A stretch of DNA of 63,117 nucleotides, filler included, from Asterionella formosa (GCA_002256025.1; 9 parts of 9 records of this genome joined end to end with filler, not necessarily neighbours in it); one strand, 5' to 3'. Positions 45,513 through 58,221 are shown, numbered from the whole stretch's first letter. The notes: generated by a model from the letters alone, not told the origin. Made by a program: numbers and translations.

Positions 45513-47255
45513 AAATTATAGTTGTTCAAAGTTTCCTTTTCTCTGTGGTCGTATTGAAATGTTAGAGTGAGAATTTTCGCTGAACTTGATCCATGAGATC
45601 GTTGCACAGGAATACTTTAGGCTCGCATTCATCACTTCTTGACACCAGGTCGACTTATACTATAAGACAGGCAAGCGCTCGCTCTGGAGACTTGTCACTT
45701 TGTTCTCCTCCTGGTAGTGTCAGAGTGAGAGTAATAATGCTCATTTTGTAGTGGCTTCTTTGAGGTTTACTACCGTACCGGTATTGTCCATTATATTCTG
45801 GTCCCGACAGAAACGTACCGGTATAATAGCTACGGTGTTTCTTATGAGACCGTGCACCTTACACGCCCTAATACCAGTATCATCGATGGTGAAACACTTT
45901 GTGACTGGACCGCACACTGAAAAACATTTCAAGATTTCTGCATAGTATTTCTTCTCCTAGGGTCCACAATATTGTCTGTCAGGTACGAACCTTAGTATAC
46001 CAATGCCCGCATGCAATCAACAATTCAACTAAATCTAGTCTTGAAAAGCACGTCAGGAATTCCTCTGTTTGTGGATACTGCTGGAAAACAAGACAAACAT
46101 ATCGGTTTCGAAATGAAATCCGACGGTGTGACTGAACTCAGCAATAACACTTCAAGATTGCATGTTGCGCCTGCTGCCTTTTCCAAAAATGGATAAAATC
46201 AGAGTATGAAAGTGTAATTATTACCGGTGTTACCAGTTGTCAATTCTCTGGTACGGTATGTTTCTCGTTGTTGACCCAATGTAAGTAAATGCCGGTAAAT
46301 TCGATGTCGCGTTCACGTCAAATTACTTAGATCGAGTCTTACTTACCTACCGGTAGTACTGGTATTGATTTACCAAAAGCAAAAGAGCGGCATATGACCG
46401 ATGTACCAATGATATTCACCCTCATAAGGAAACTCGACTCAACTGCAATAATCACATATATATATATCGTCAAATGGCTTCATGCTGTGATAACATGTGT
46501 ATATAAGGACGTAAACATCGAAATAATCTCATAAGTCTTATCTTTCTACCCAAGCCTTTGATTCCCTGACTCCTCCTAAGTAATAAATTATTATATTATG
46601 TTATAGCTACATATAATATTCTTATTGAAATGGGCGCGTAAGTTCAATTATATTTATTACATCGCATATTTATACTGATGGAAAGCAAGGTTTCTTTTGT
46701 ATGATGCTTTATTTACAGAACACATGACTTTTAGGAGAAGGTAGACCTATCAGTCCCTGATGCAAATGACCTATGGGAATGCCAGCTCAGTTAAGTTGAA
46801 CCAATGATTTTCATGCTTCCAAGCAAACTCGACTGAACTCGAATTACCTGATATTTATCACGACAACTTTATTCAGCCTTGATGATGTACGTCAGTGTAA
46901 GCCACCAATAAGCCCTAGGAAGACTTGTCCTATATGTGATTTCGCTCCCCATGCCCTCGATTCCTCGACTCCCTCTAATAAATTTTACATGTATGACTCC
47001 GCATACCGGTATACTTATTGGAATGGGCTCGTCTGTTGCATTATTTACAGAACACGTAGGAAAACCGTATCTGGAGTCGCTGTTTCCTCTAGCGACGTGA
47101 AGTCGATCTAGGCAACCTCCCAGTACATGGCCACGAGATTCAACACGACCATCGATGATCAGTTCCCCAGTTGATGTGCTCACAAATTGCAAAAGCAACA
47201 ATTGCTCTAGCCTACTATCGGTAGAATCTCTCCTCAACCAACTTCGCTAATAACC

Positions 47256-48884
47256 ATGAAATTTAACACCACTGTTTCCTTCCTCGCCTTGGTAGCGCCA
47301 GTATTGGCTGCCTCCATTGGGTCTCAAGAGGTCCTTCTCACCCTCACCCATGTCATCGGAGATACCACCTCCGCACTTGACCCCACCTGCTTTTCTGCCG
47401 TCGATCATGCAGTCAAAAATGCCTTCCAAACTGTTCACAAGAACTCAGACTTCTCCATTGCTGGTCTCGAGTTCACTACAGAGGTCGACGCAGCAAACTA
47501 TGACGATGATGATGCCGCAACTAACAAGGCGACACTTCGCAAGCCTGTTTCGGCCACGATCCGTATCGGAGGCAGAATTGACTTTGGCTGCACCTTGTGC
47601 GACCACCAAGATACCAACCTCATTCCTGGAATCGCCCTGCGAGAAGACAGTCCAGTCAATATCATCTTCCTACACCGTCAGTTTGAGATCCAGACACGCA
47701 AGGAACTCAAGCAATCGGGCTGTGCTGCCTTCAAGTCTCTTCGGGAAGTTGATATTGCATACCTTGCAAACACAAACGTTACTCCTAACGAACGTCACGA
47801 ACCCACTTCAACTGCTGATACCGCCATTCTTACCGATGATACTACCGCCACGCAAACAATGTTCTTCCACATTGACAATCTCGATGCCGACAAGATGACT
47901 GCGGCAGCAATGGTCTTTGCCAATGATCAGGTCATCATTTCTTATAACAATGTGCTATCTGGAGGCGAATATACTGCTATACTTCTGGACAGCACAACCC
48001 TGGTGGCACAATTTACTCCAGTTCCCCAAAATTCTGTCGCAGTTGTCGGCATCGGATATTATTCTTCTGCTTATGCCAGGTTGGCCGGCAAATTGAATTC
48101 TGCATGCAATCTGTGCCTTGAACCTGGTGTAAATTGGCGAGCTAGAAATCCGTCCCGATTTACATCAACTCAATCACTTGCGAAATCCAATGAGTTACTA
48201 ATGACCCATCGTGAATTCGAACTTGAGCTGGCCGCAGCTCTGAAAAGCTCCTCATTTGCTGCCTTTGCTCACATCACCGATGTGAAAGTTCGTTTCGACG
48301 AAGACACCAATGCTTTAGCTAAGAAGAATCCAAAGCCAAAGCCAACCAACACATTATACTCTGGGCCTCTGTCAGTTGAGATGCTTAAAGTCGATTTCGA
48401 CAGGATGAATGGAACCTGCGTCGACATCCTCAGCAAGGCTATCGTCGATGAATACAACAAGATCCTCACTGCGGTCAGCAATTTCCAACTTGTCGAAACA
48501 TCTTTTAATTCAGAAGTTTTCATTAGAAGCGATAACGCGATTAGCATTGACGGCAGCAACATGGTTGAAGATGTTGATTCTCATCCTCCTCTCGGTAAAT
48601 CACGTCCTGATTATCCTCCTCCATTGACGCCTGGATGGCGCAAGCCCAATCTCGCTCTCTCTGGTTGGCGATCGTACAAATGTCTCACAACTAAAAGCGA
48701 TTGCAAGTTTAGCGACTATGAAGCTGCGCTCGTTTCTGCTGACTTGCTCAATGAAAGCCTACACGAAACATTTGAGGACAACGTCTACCTGCAACTCAGG
48801 AGTGGAAATTGCGCTGCCTTTTCGGAAGTTTCCGGCTTGAATATCCTCTTTGGCAAAGGCAATCCTGTCGCTATAGAGCAATAG
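47256..48884 (+). CDS. Secreted protein of unknown function with three internal repeats
   Basis: Signal peptide MKFNTTVSFLALVAPVLA. Three units end in a Cys pair followed by H(R/E)xFE...S...AAF (HRQFE/CAAF, HREFE/FAAF, HETFE/CAAF). Confidence 0.8.
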   Translation: MKFNTTVSFLALVAPVLAASIGSQEVLLTLTHVIGDTTSALDPTCFSAVDHAVKNAFQTVHKNSDFSIAGLEFTTEVDAANYDDDDAATNKATLRKPVSATIRIGGRIDFGCTLCDHQDTNLIPGIALREDSPVNIIFLHRQFEIQTRKELKQSGCAAFKSLREVDIAYLANTNVTPNERHEPTSTADTAILTDDTTATQTMFFHIDNLDADKMTAAAMVFANDQVIISYNNVLSGGEYTAILLDSTTLVAQFTPVPQNSVAVVGIGYYSSAYARLAGKLNSACNLCLEPGVNWRARNPSRFTSTQSLAKSNELLMTHREFELELAAALKSSSFAAFAHITDVKVRFDEDTNALAKKNPKPKPTNTLYSGPLSVEMLKVDFDRMNGTCVDILSKAIVDEYNKILTAVSNFQLVETSFNSEVFIRSDNAISIDGSNMVEDVDSHPPLGKSRPDYPPPLTPGWRKPNLALSGWRSYKCLTTKSDCKFSDYEAALVSADLLNESLHETFEDNVYLQLRSGNCAAFSEVSGLNILFGKGNPVAIEQ

Positions 48885-49979
48885 ATGGATATCTCACTGT
48901 CAACTACATCATCGGGGGAAATAATATAATTGCGTGGTTCTTGGTTTGCTCTCCTCACAAACGATCTGTCGAGTCGAGGGCGCCTACCGAACACATCCTC
49001 CCATCACTCCTATAACTGGGAATAAATTTAATTTATTATAGTTATAGTTACTGTACCGGTAGTTTTATTGCTGTCTCTCTCTGTTTATTTATATATACCA
49101 GTACCGGTATACTCCTCCTTTTGTTTGAAAATATTGCCATTGCCACATCCGTCGAGCACATATAAAGCACGAGAAAACAACTAGCAATGGCTCATGTTCA
49201 ATCAATCAGCTGATCAAGAACAATATTTGGTGCTTTTGGTAGTGTCGGTGGTGACCTAATAAACAGGTGTAATGATAACAGACTGAAGCAATTTATGATT
49301 AGAGACTATGATGTGTTTTGGGGCACTTTGTCCATCTGATGGATCTGTAGGCTGCTTGCTAGACAATCTACATGCAATGGCATTCCAAACATCGATATCC
49401 CAACAATCCATCTGAGAATCGCCTTTTGTCATTGGTCCATCACTACATCTGCCCATAGAATTACCCATTTGTTGCTTTCCTTGTCCCTGCTGATCTGTTG
49501 CTTGAAGCAAACCTTCACCAATTGGATCCTTGTCTGGTTGCCAATAACCGACTAGAAGGATATTTCTTTGAATTGAAGGTTTCATTCATATCAACTCATT
49601 CCCAAATAAATCAATTTTCACTGCTTCCAGCACAAGAAAGAGGAGGAGTGAAAATAGACAACTGAGTGAGATTCTGGTTGACCAAAATGTGATACAGTAT
49701 CCATCCTGCTGCTCATCACTTACTATTTGAAGCTATCTCCATTTGTTTGCCACATGACTGACGAGGTACAACAATGATGGGTACAATTCCCACATCACCA
49801 CATGGCCACTCAAACCCTACAATCAACCTGTATGGTGCTGTGAATCACCATCAAGAAGAATGAAACGAAAAGGATTAGGTGGAGGACAAGGATGATGATA
49901 CAGGTGATATGTTACAATATAATAGTTAGTATCGTGAACTTCAGTGTACTAGGTTTACCATCCTGCTCCTCTTCCTCTC

Positions 49980-50552
49980 TCAATGTTTAATTGTCTTAAC
50001 ATTTCCTGCGAATTTCGCAGTCAAGAGAAGGGAAAACCTCCGGTGCATCTCGTTGGAGACAATAACATCTAAAGAACTTGCATCTGTTGCTGATGTATAG
50101 GATAGCACACCAACTAATAGCAAGTCGGGATGCTTGCAAGGAAGTTTCTTTGGTGCAATCCTTCTTGGATGGATCATGTCATCCATTTGCAATTGTGAGC
50201 TCACATACAATCTGAAGATATTATATGGAACTTGAAAAATTGAGCAAAATATTTTGCTGTCACTGTTGTAAGATTCTTGCTCCAATTGTAAAGTGAGATT
50301 CTCCTCACCCTCTGTGAGGAATTTCTTCCACCAACATGACTCTTCCTTAGAAGCTTGAGGCTGTTTCTTTTTTCTCTGCTTAGCCTTTGCTGTTGGATAC
50401 TGATCATCAAATTGGAGCTGATCATCGGTCATGTGTGTTTTGGATACCAAGTCATTACACAATGCAGCTGCTGGCAAGGCAGCAGGTACTAGTTGGCTGC
50501 CATGACAACCACTGCTGTCTACAAAGCTGAACAAATTGTTTATATTGCACAA
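49980..50552 (-). pseudogene. Highly degenerate Harbinger-like transposase N-terminal remnant
   Basis: ESCWWKKFL...SKIFCSIFQVPYNIF...DLLLVGVLSY resembles the SxWW...FRxRFRVPY...LLxLGxLRY pattern of this family. Frameshifted. Confidence 0.4.
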
Positions 50553-51182
50553 GGAATCATGTCAACAGCATTGTTGGTGGAGTACTCATGTTGCAATTGA
50601 ATGAAGTGTAATTATCATCATTATATTAAACTAATTTGATAGTATTTTGTAATTACTGGTGTGCTGATGATTCATTGTGAATCCGGGTGCTATTTTCTAC
50701 ATTAAAGAGATTCTGATTGGTGGAACAATCCTCATTTTTCAATCCTCGTACATTCTTCACACAAAAAAGTATGCGAGGATTATCTGCCGGTCCCTGGTAC
50801 CAGGCACTATTTCTTCATCAAAATACGAGAATTGGGTCAATGATATAGCGGTATCGGGGACCCCCGATATCGTCGGGCAGCTAAAACGAAGATTCATCTT
50901 CCTCGTAGCTAATCGGTGGGATTTGCGATTTAATTAGCACCGTGAGGAAACAAAATTCGAAGGCGATTTCAGGTAGGCAGCAGCTCTCCGTGTGAGTGAA
51001 TCCGTATTTCTTCGGGCACGGAAAGTTTCGGCCTAAGTAACTTGGTAGAGAACAGTAATAAGATCAACTTCTGCAAAGACACGCCAGCACTTCTTGTTGT
51101 TATTACTTGCCGCCGACATCCAGCTTGATCATCATTTAGCCAACCCCATCCTATTTCTGTGATACGACAAGCTGTTTGCATC

Positions 51183-51857
51183 ATGGCATTCATTAAATCT
51201 CTTCTCGGCTTGGATTCCTATTTTACTACTCGGGAAGGCACCTTGAGCTGCCCTTGTGGAGCAGTCCAACTCATCCTCAAGGTTCCACCCAGTAGTTATG
51301 CCCTTTTTGAACAAACCTGCGCCATCTGCCACTGCAAGGACTGTGTGTCCTTCGCTACTGCCTGTTCGGGTGGGAAGGCTGTCCTGTCCAACAACGGCAC
51401 ACAATTGGTTGGTTTCTATAAATCGGACATTGTCGTGTCCAAGGGAAAAGACTGCATTGGGGCCATCAAGCTATATGAACATTCCCGTCGCGAACATTCT
51501 CCCATGGTTCGATGCTACTGCACTCAATGCGGAACGCCCTTGGGCGCTGACCTGACTGTGGGACCTGTGACATTGTTGTATCCTCAATTGATCACAGGCG
51601 GCACTACTATGCCCATCTTCCTTCCGAACCTGGTGTTCAACTATGCATCCGCTGTGAAAGGAACCAGGCCCTACTACAGTCAAGTTTCTGTTCGAAATGG
51701 ATTTGGTGCTCCTAAATTCATAATGCAGGTCATCCTTAGAGTGATTTGGGGTCACATTATGGGAAAAGTTAATGGCGGGCTTCTTGATGGCGTCGATTAC
51801 TCTAATGTGCCGGTAGGCATCGACAAGATCAAAGTGGATCCCAAGAAGGATGAATGA
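51183..51857 (+). CDS. GFA/CENP-V (Mss4-like, DUF6151-like) zinc-binding protein
   Basis: GTLSCPCGAV (CxC), ICHCKDC (CxCxxC), RCYCTQCGTPL (CxxC). Confidence 0.8.
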   Translation: MAFIKSLLGLDSYFTTREGTLSCPCGAVQLILKVPPSSYALFEQTCAICHCKDCVSFATACSGGKAVLSNNGTQLVGFYKSDIVVSKGKDCIGAIKLYEHSRREHSPMVRCYCTQCGTPLGADLTVGPVTLLYPQLITGGTTMPIFLPNLVFNYASAVKGTRPYYSQVSVRNGFGAPKFIMQVILRVIWGHIMGKVNGGLLDGVDYSNVPVGIDKIKVDPKKDE

Positions 51858-52043
51858 GTTTTTCAGTCCTAGAACTTACATTCATGCATGACAGGCATCT
51901 ATTCACTTACAGCAGCCTGTGTTCATCCTGATGGCTTTGGACATGTCGGGTACCAACCTTTGCTCAACTACGTTTTCACACTAATAGCATACCTTGTCAC
52001 ATTTAAACTGCTCTAATAGCTATTATTATTATTGTTCTAATAG

Positions 52044-54017
52044 TTATTCTCCTTTCAGTTGTTGTAGCTTAGCCATGACCTCCATTGCTTCTGCTGCTTT
52101 TCCTTGAACATCAAGTGCTCTACCTAGCAGCTGCCATGCCATTTGCTCCAGAGGAAAGGCCTCTGTGGCTTTTCGAAACTCTTCTTCACAAGCAGCCATG
52201 TCGCCACTTCCAGCGTAGATCTGGCCCACCATGCGGTAGTTTTGTAACCTTAATGGTTTGTATTGATTAAGATATTGTTTGGCATCGGAATTGCCTTGTT
52301 TTACCATCTCATCTAATAAAGGCTTTGCCGTTTCCAAATAATCCGTCGCCTTCAGAGCTGCTTCTTTGGCACCAACCAAATCCCCACTAGGGGCCAACAC
52401 ATTTGCCCTAGAATGCTGTACCAAGCCAAGATTAATCATGGCTTTAGGAGCAACCTCACCTCCACATTGGAGTGCCTTGAGAAACATGAGCTCAGCATCA
52501 TCCATGTTTCCGCCCTCAGCCAGTGAGGTTCCCCAGTTAAGCCAAGCTCCGCCAAACGTCGGGTCGACTTTGGTGGCACGTGCATACATTTGCATCTCCT
52601 CCTTGCTCTTGCCTTTGGCACCAAGTCGGATTCCAAGATTGTACAGCAGCTCTGCATCTTCAGCGTTCAATTCAAAAGATTTTTCATATGCAGCAATGCT
52701 TTCATCATCCTTCCCCTGTTCAGACAACAGCATACCGAGTGTAAACAGAGCATCCGAATCCTTATATTCCAAGAGCTCCAAGGCCTCTCGAATCTTTTTT
52801 TCAGCTTGCACAAAGTCTTTTTTCAAATGCAGAATCTCAGCCCAGTCTTTCAGGCACGTTGTACATCGAGGATTCATGGCTAGGGCCCATTCGAATAATT
52901 GCTCTGCGCCTTCTAAGTTTCCTTCTCTCCTCAATGCGGCCCCCCTATTTTTGAGTCGCCTCACATGCTCTACGCGGTCTTGAATCAATAAAAAAGCTCC
53001 CAACACATACCTCGTACCTTGCGTAACGCGGTGACCTCCATGTCGGACGGATCCCGGTCGAAAGGTCCCGTGCCCCACGTCCATGGGAAGGATAGTATCC
53101 AAGTGTTCAAAGAACGTTCCTCCACCAGTGTAATCTTTGGATGGAGTCATGGCCAGAGTCATGGCTAATATTCCATTGTCAACGTGAACATCAGTTCTTG
53201 GGTGGGAGGAGTTGTACTTAAGCAACGACACTGAATGAGCTCGCAAGACCGATGGTGAGCTCACAACTTCAGGAAACAAATGAGCCAAGAGTGGGAAGAA
53301 CGTTGACTCTAATTTTTTATTGAACCATGCTCGAGTTTGAGGCAGATTGGTCAGCCAATCTCCTCCTAGTCGGTACTTGCCAGACTTGTATTCGTTCTTG
53401 TCAACGCCTTCATCTTCGGCATTCCTAATAACTTGCGCAGCTTCTTCCACCGAAAATATGGGCTGACCAACTGTAACTTTGATGAGATCTAGAGGGAAAC
53501 CAAATGCTTCGGCAAAATCTTCCGGAGGCACGGCGCCCATGGAGTATGAATGAATCGACGTTGTTGCAGGTAGAACCGAATCCACAATACGTGCATCGGG
53601 TTTCGCACAGTAATACACCTCACAGCTTTTGCGGCAGTCATCGGAATGCTCCTTTTTGTTCTGCTCTATCGCGTCTAAGAATCCTTCACCCAGAACTTTT
53701 CCCAACACTAGGATTCGATCCTCCACCGTCGTTTCTGTAGCTCCTCCGCGAACGTGATTCCAGAAAGCCGGATAGTGTTCTTCCAATAATCTGGCTTTGC
53801 GAACCTTTTTGACTGGCCCCATTCGAAGAGCCATCCATTCGAATTGAGATACAGCCTCCTCTTTCGAATCAAACAGAGCTGTCTCGTCGAGCGCAAATGC
53901 ACCTCGTGCCCATAGATCCAATTTGGCGGCATGCAGTCGAATCGCCAGGTCGTCTTGTCCTTGCACAACCACAATGGTGGTGGTGGAAATTAGCAAGCAA
54001 ACGAGACGACGAATCAT
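52044..54017 (-). CDS. Secreted/ER 2OG-Fe(II) oxygenase (prolyl/lysyl-hydroxylase-like) fused to TPR repeats
   Basis: Signal peptide MIRRLVCLLISTTTIVVVQG; oxygenase motifs LLKY..TDVHVD, DYTGGGTFF and RHGGHRVTQGTRYVL; then multiple TPRs (DALFTLGMLL, ELLYNLG, AWLNWG, AMINLG). Confidence 0.85.
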   Translation of the reverse strand: MIRRLVCLLISTTTIVVVQGQDDLAIRLHAAKLDLWARGAFALDETALFDSKEEAVSQFEWMALRMGPVKKVRKARLLEEHYPAFWNHVRGGATETTVEDRILVLGKVLGEGFLDAIEQNKKEHSDDCRKSCEVYYCAKPDARIVDSVLPATTSIHSYSMGAVPPEDFAEAFGFPLDLIKVTVGQPIFSVEEAAQVIRNAEDEGVDKNEYKSGKYRLGGDWLTNLPQTRAWFNKKLESTFFPLLAHLFPEVVSSPSVLRAHSVSLLKYNSSHPRTDVHVDNGILAMTLAMTPSKDYTGGGTFFEHLDTILPMDVGHGTFRPGSVRHGGHRVTQGTRYVLGAFLLIQDRVEHVRRLKNRGAALRREGNLEGAEQLFEWALAMNPRCTTCLKDWAEILHLKKDFVQAEKKIREALELLEYKDSDALFTLGMLLSEQGKDDESIAAYEKSFELNAEDAELLYNLGIRLGAKGKSKEEMQMYARATKVDPTFGGAWLNWGTSLAEGGNMDDAELMFLKALQCGGEVAPKAMINLGLVQHSRANVLAPSGDLVGAKEAALKATDYLETAKPLLDEMVKQGNSDAKQYLNQYKPLRLQNYRMVGQIYAGSGDMAACEEEFRKATEAFPLEQMAWQLLGRALDVQGKAAEAMEVMAKLQQLKGE

Positions 54018-54877
54018 TTCGTGCAACTTCGATAACAGACACTAGAAAAAATCAGGCAAGCCGTCGTGAACAATGAAGCAAGAGCGAAGCCGTCGCTGAC
54101 TTCTAGTTGAAACTGAAATCGAAATTTAATATCAGTTGTCACATGAAGGCCAAGGAAGCTTTTTATTAATACGGTCCACGAAAAAGAGCGTCAAAGATTG
54201 AAAAGCTATCGCGGCAAAAATCTTCGTATTCATCTTGCTGAAATTTCAAATCATCCTCATACGGTCCTGAAGATTATTTTATTTATCATGTCAATCCGAC
54301 GTAAATGTTCTGATGTTTATTTTCTACATGAAGAATGGTAGTCTAGTTTGTGAATTTATTTTCATTGGTATTGTACAAACCATTGACATTCAGCATTGTT
54401 GTCATCATTGTTGTTATTATTGTTTTTGTAATCATTGGCCTTCCCATCTGCCTGCCTCCTTTTCTCCTTTCCTACCAGCATCACAAGTGTGTTCCTTGTT
54501 AGTATGACACCTTAAGGACCAACTGAGTACATAACTGATGAGGAGTATTCCTTTTGTGACTGACTTCAATATTGGATTGGTGGTTCCATTCAAGTACACA
54601 CGATTCATAGCGTGTACAAATTGCCATTATATTTGCTGCTGGATACTAAATTCAACTCAGGTTTGAATCTAAAGAAAGAGAAGAAATTGCTCATCTTTAT
54701 CTATGATATCAATTCTAACAGACTCCACAAGCCATCATCATACCCCACATCCTTTCTTTTCCATTTTCATTGCTATANNNNNNNNNNNNNNNNNNNNNNN
54801 NNNNNNNNNNNNNNNNNNNNNTTAATTAATTAANNNNNNNNNNNNNNNNNNNNNNNNNNNNNNNNNNNNNNNNNNNN

Positions 54878-55374
54878 GTGTGTACGCACACGCCAAGCAG
54901 GTTTGAGGCAACGGACAATTCCAACAAGCAAATGATGATACGGATATCAAATTCTTTCTACAAGCAAACAACAATGAAAAGAGCCACTTGCTTTCGCTCT
55001 CTTGCTTGATGGTATCAAAGATGCGGACGAGTTCAATAGTTAATTCAAGTTCAGTATGCCAAATGCAGAAACGAGCGAGCGATATGAAAATGAAATTCTA
55101 ATCAGAATCATTCTATAACTATAGCTATGTGGACAGTAGTCTGTTACGCACATTTTCGTATCTCCTTCTATGCTGAATCTCAATAGTAGATGTAGTATCA
55201 TGTGAGAATTGAAAATGTCAACGAGAACAAGTAGAATGTGTTTGTTTACGGGTTGATTGGCGAGATTGTCATGCTGAAGTGGACGAAACGGATATACTTT
55301 GTGCGCTGTGTGCGGAAAGATTTCGAGTTCGAATGGTTTCTTCTCTCCTGTAAACTCTTAATTGAATGATTATG
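54878..55374 (+). repeat. Second copy of the dispersed repeat at 21370-21942
   Basis: Shared blocks AATCAGAATCATTCTATAACTATA, TTTCGTATCTCCTTCTATGCTGAATC, ATCATGTGAGAATTGAAAATGTCAACGAGAACA and CTGTAAACTCTTAATTGAATGATTATG. Confidence 0.88.
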
Positions 55375-55429
55375 TCTCCCAATCTAATGGCAAATACGCA
55401 TCAGCAAACGAGTGGTGCCATGTTATATT

Positions 55430-56452
55430 GCATGATCCTATTATGCCTGCACTAATAAATCATTTTTTTTGGTGGTGACTTAGAAAGATTATTTGGTGCA
55501 ACTCCATTTGAGGTTCTTCATCAATTACTACTTGGAATATTCAAGAACATTTTGGAATTATTGTACAATTATCGGACTATCCCTGAAGAATGGACATGTT
55601 TTTTTAAAGAAATAAAATCACCAGATATTCCAGAGAACATATCTGATCAGAAACGTATCACTGAAACAACAGACACTGCTTTTCTTGATCAAGAGCAACC
55701 GATGGACACACGCACCAGTTACCAAAAATATCTACACTGGCAAAAATCATGACCCAACACTTGTACCAGCACCAGAAATGTATTTTCGAAACTAAACTAT
55801 ACTTCCAACAAAGTGCTAGATATATCAATAGTCATTTGGAAAGATAAGAAGGCAAAGCGATCATCGTGATATTCCAAAATTTTTATACAGATCTGGGATG
55901 ACAGCTTTGTCAAAAATGTCAGGGCAAGGCAAGAAATTCCCGTATTATTTCTGTCAACTATTTTTTCAATGGGTGGAATGATGGGTTCAGAGAACATGCA
56001 CCTAGAAAAGGATTTCACATTGCTGTTATGGTTATGTATATCTATCAATGACACTTTATTCATACCACAATATACATCAACATGAATTGATATTTTAGAG
56101 GAAAGGGTGAAGAGATTTATGTCAGTTACTAGGATTATGATTGGTCCCCAACGGGAAATGATATCTCAAATTGGCTTACGAATGGCAAAATTTCATGGAA
56201 TGAAACATTACCCTCATCTGATTAGGAAGTTCGCGGATCTCCTCTTAATTTCTTTGGTGGATATTTGGAGTCTTTTTTGAAAGACAAATTGAAACTAGCC
56301 ACCAGGTACTAAGCGTGGTGTCAACGGACAATTACATCGATTAAAGCATGACATTTTAACAAGGTCATATGAAACAAGGCAGTTTGCCTTGGCACGAAAA
56401 ATTGTTTTTGTAAGTGATTCATTACATACAGAAAACAAACAAAAGAAGATGA
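55430..56452 (+). pseudogene. Plavaka (CACTA/EnSpm-related) transposase remnant
   Basis: Hand translation gives LFGATPFEVLHQLLLGIFK and LRMAKFHGMKHYPHLIRKF/SPLNFFGGYLESFLKDKLK, the TP.E.LH...LG and KxH...H...FGxPxNF....E pattern. Multiple stops. Confidence 0.65.
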
Positions 56453-56552
56453 NNNNNNNNNNNNNNNNNNNNNNNNNNNNNNNNNNNNNNNNNNNNTTAA
56501 TTAATTAANNNNNNNNNNNNNNNNNNNNNNNNNNNNNNNNNNNNNNNNNNNN

Positions 56553-57741
56553 TGATGATGATGATGATGATGATGATGATGACATTATGATTACATTGCT
56601 ACTGTTAGCAATGTGCTATCCACCAGTAAATAGGACGCCATCGTTCAGGGAAAGTTTCACTATTGATGAGGTCAGAAGAAGAAGTGGCAAAATCCGTCGC
56701 CACGCACTACAGCATCCATTATCGAGTCCATTCTGGACTTTGTTCAACAGCAAGCATGATGATGCTCTGATTACCTTGTGTAGGTTTGACCATGCTTCTT
56801 TCGAGCTCCTACACCAGCTGTTCAAACCTTGTTTTTATTCCTTTACTCCCTATAGGAAAAATACGGATTTCATTGTTAGAAATACAACAACAAAGAAAGG
56901 TCGGCAAAGATACCTCTAATCCATCAGTTGTCTAGCGCTTAGGTTAGCATGGACCAGGACTCGTGGTTCCTATATGATTCTTCAGATTATTTTCGGATTA
57001 ACTCATGGTTCTTTGAGTGTTTGGTTGAGGTTTTCAAGGTGAATGATTGTAAAAGTACTGCTGACACATGAAGATGCCGTTGTGAGACTGCCTACTGCAG
57101 ACGAAGCCACCTTGTTTGCAACCATGATCAATCAGAAATACCCACTTATAACAAATTGTTGGGGAGCAATGGATGGTCTGAAACTGACCCTGCAACGGGC
57201 TGGAAATGAAACACAGCAGAACAACTTCTACAATGGATGGACCCATGAACACTATGTGACAAACTTGTTTCTTTTTTCGCCTGATGGAAAAATTCGCTGC
57301 TCATATTTCAATGCACCTGGTGTTCTACATGACTCCACCATGGCAATTTGGTCATCGATCTATGATCAGATTGAAACAGTTTACAGGGATACAGGCAAAA
57401 AAGTAGTTGTGGATTCAGCATTTGCATCGAAAAAATCAAATGCAATGTTGAAATCGCATCAAAACAATGTTGATGCAAATGGTAATCCTCGACAAAGATT
57501 TGGTATGAATCGCCAAGCCACGTCCATCCGACAGCTGTTGGAATAGGGAATGCGATGCCTTCAGGGATCATTTCCGAGAATCAAAGACAAATTTCGTTAT
57601 GAAGAAAAAGGTGAGAGAAAATTTATTCTCCAAATGATTGTATTGCTCTACAACTTTCGTGCTAGCAAAGTTGGTCAGAACCAAATTGCTTCAGTGTATA
57701 TGCCCTCTTTGCATAGGAGTGCAAATAGATATGCCATGTAA
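56553..57741 (+). pseudogene. Harbinger-superfamily DDE transposase (DDE_Tnp_4) with three in-frame stops
   Basis: LAWTRTRGS..LQIIFG, CWGAMDGLKL, FYNGWTHEHYV, FSPDG, NAPGVLHDS, VVVDSAF, SIRQLLE*GMRCLQGSFPR. Stops at about 56917, 57040 and 57544. Confidence 0.88.
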
Positions 57742-57784
57742 TTCAAAGAAATTATTCCTTCATGATTATTTAGCACCACTTCTT

Positions 57785-58119
57785 TCACATTATATTAGAA
57801 TGAATTAATTTAAGGTTGTTATTTGTCATCACTACTACTGCTACCACTGTTATTTTTGGTGTTTGAAATTGAGTTGAGGCAGACAAAGTTTGTTGTGTAT
57901 TGGCACCTGCTGTTAAGGTTAGATTTTGGCTTTGCATTGTTTGCTGCATTGAAATCATGTTTGAAGCAATAATTGAATTCATAATTGCCTGAGTGGGATT
58001 GGCACTGTCAGTGGAGGTGGTTGTTTGAGATACCCCATGATTCAACAATGATGCCATGATTGACATCATCATCATGTTCATCATGCTCTGTTGCTGCTGT
58101 TGTTGTTGCTGCTGCAGGT
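57785..58119 (-). CDS. Gln/Met-rich C-terminus of a convergent ORF, probably the second gene of the Harbinger element
   Basis: Poly-Q then MMNMMMMSIM. It converges on the transposase, as expected for two-gene PIF/Harbinger elements, and is cut by the contig end. Confidence 0.4.
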
Positions 58120-58221
58120 NNNNNNNNNNNNNNNNNNNNNNNNNNNNNNNNNNNNNNNNNNNNTTAATTAATTAANNNNNNNNNNNNNNNNNNNNNNNNN
58201 NNNNNNNNNNNNNNNNNNNGG

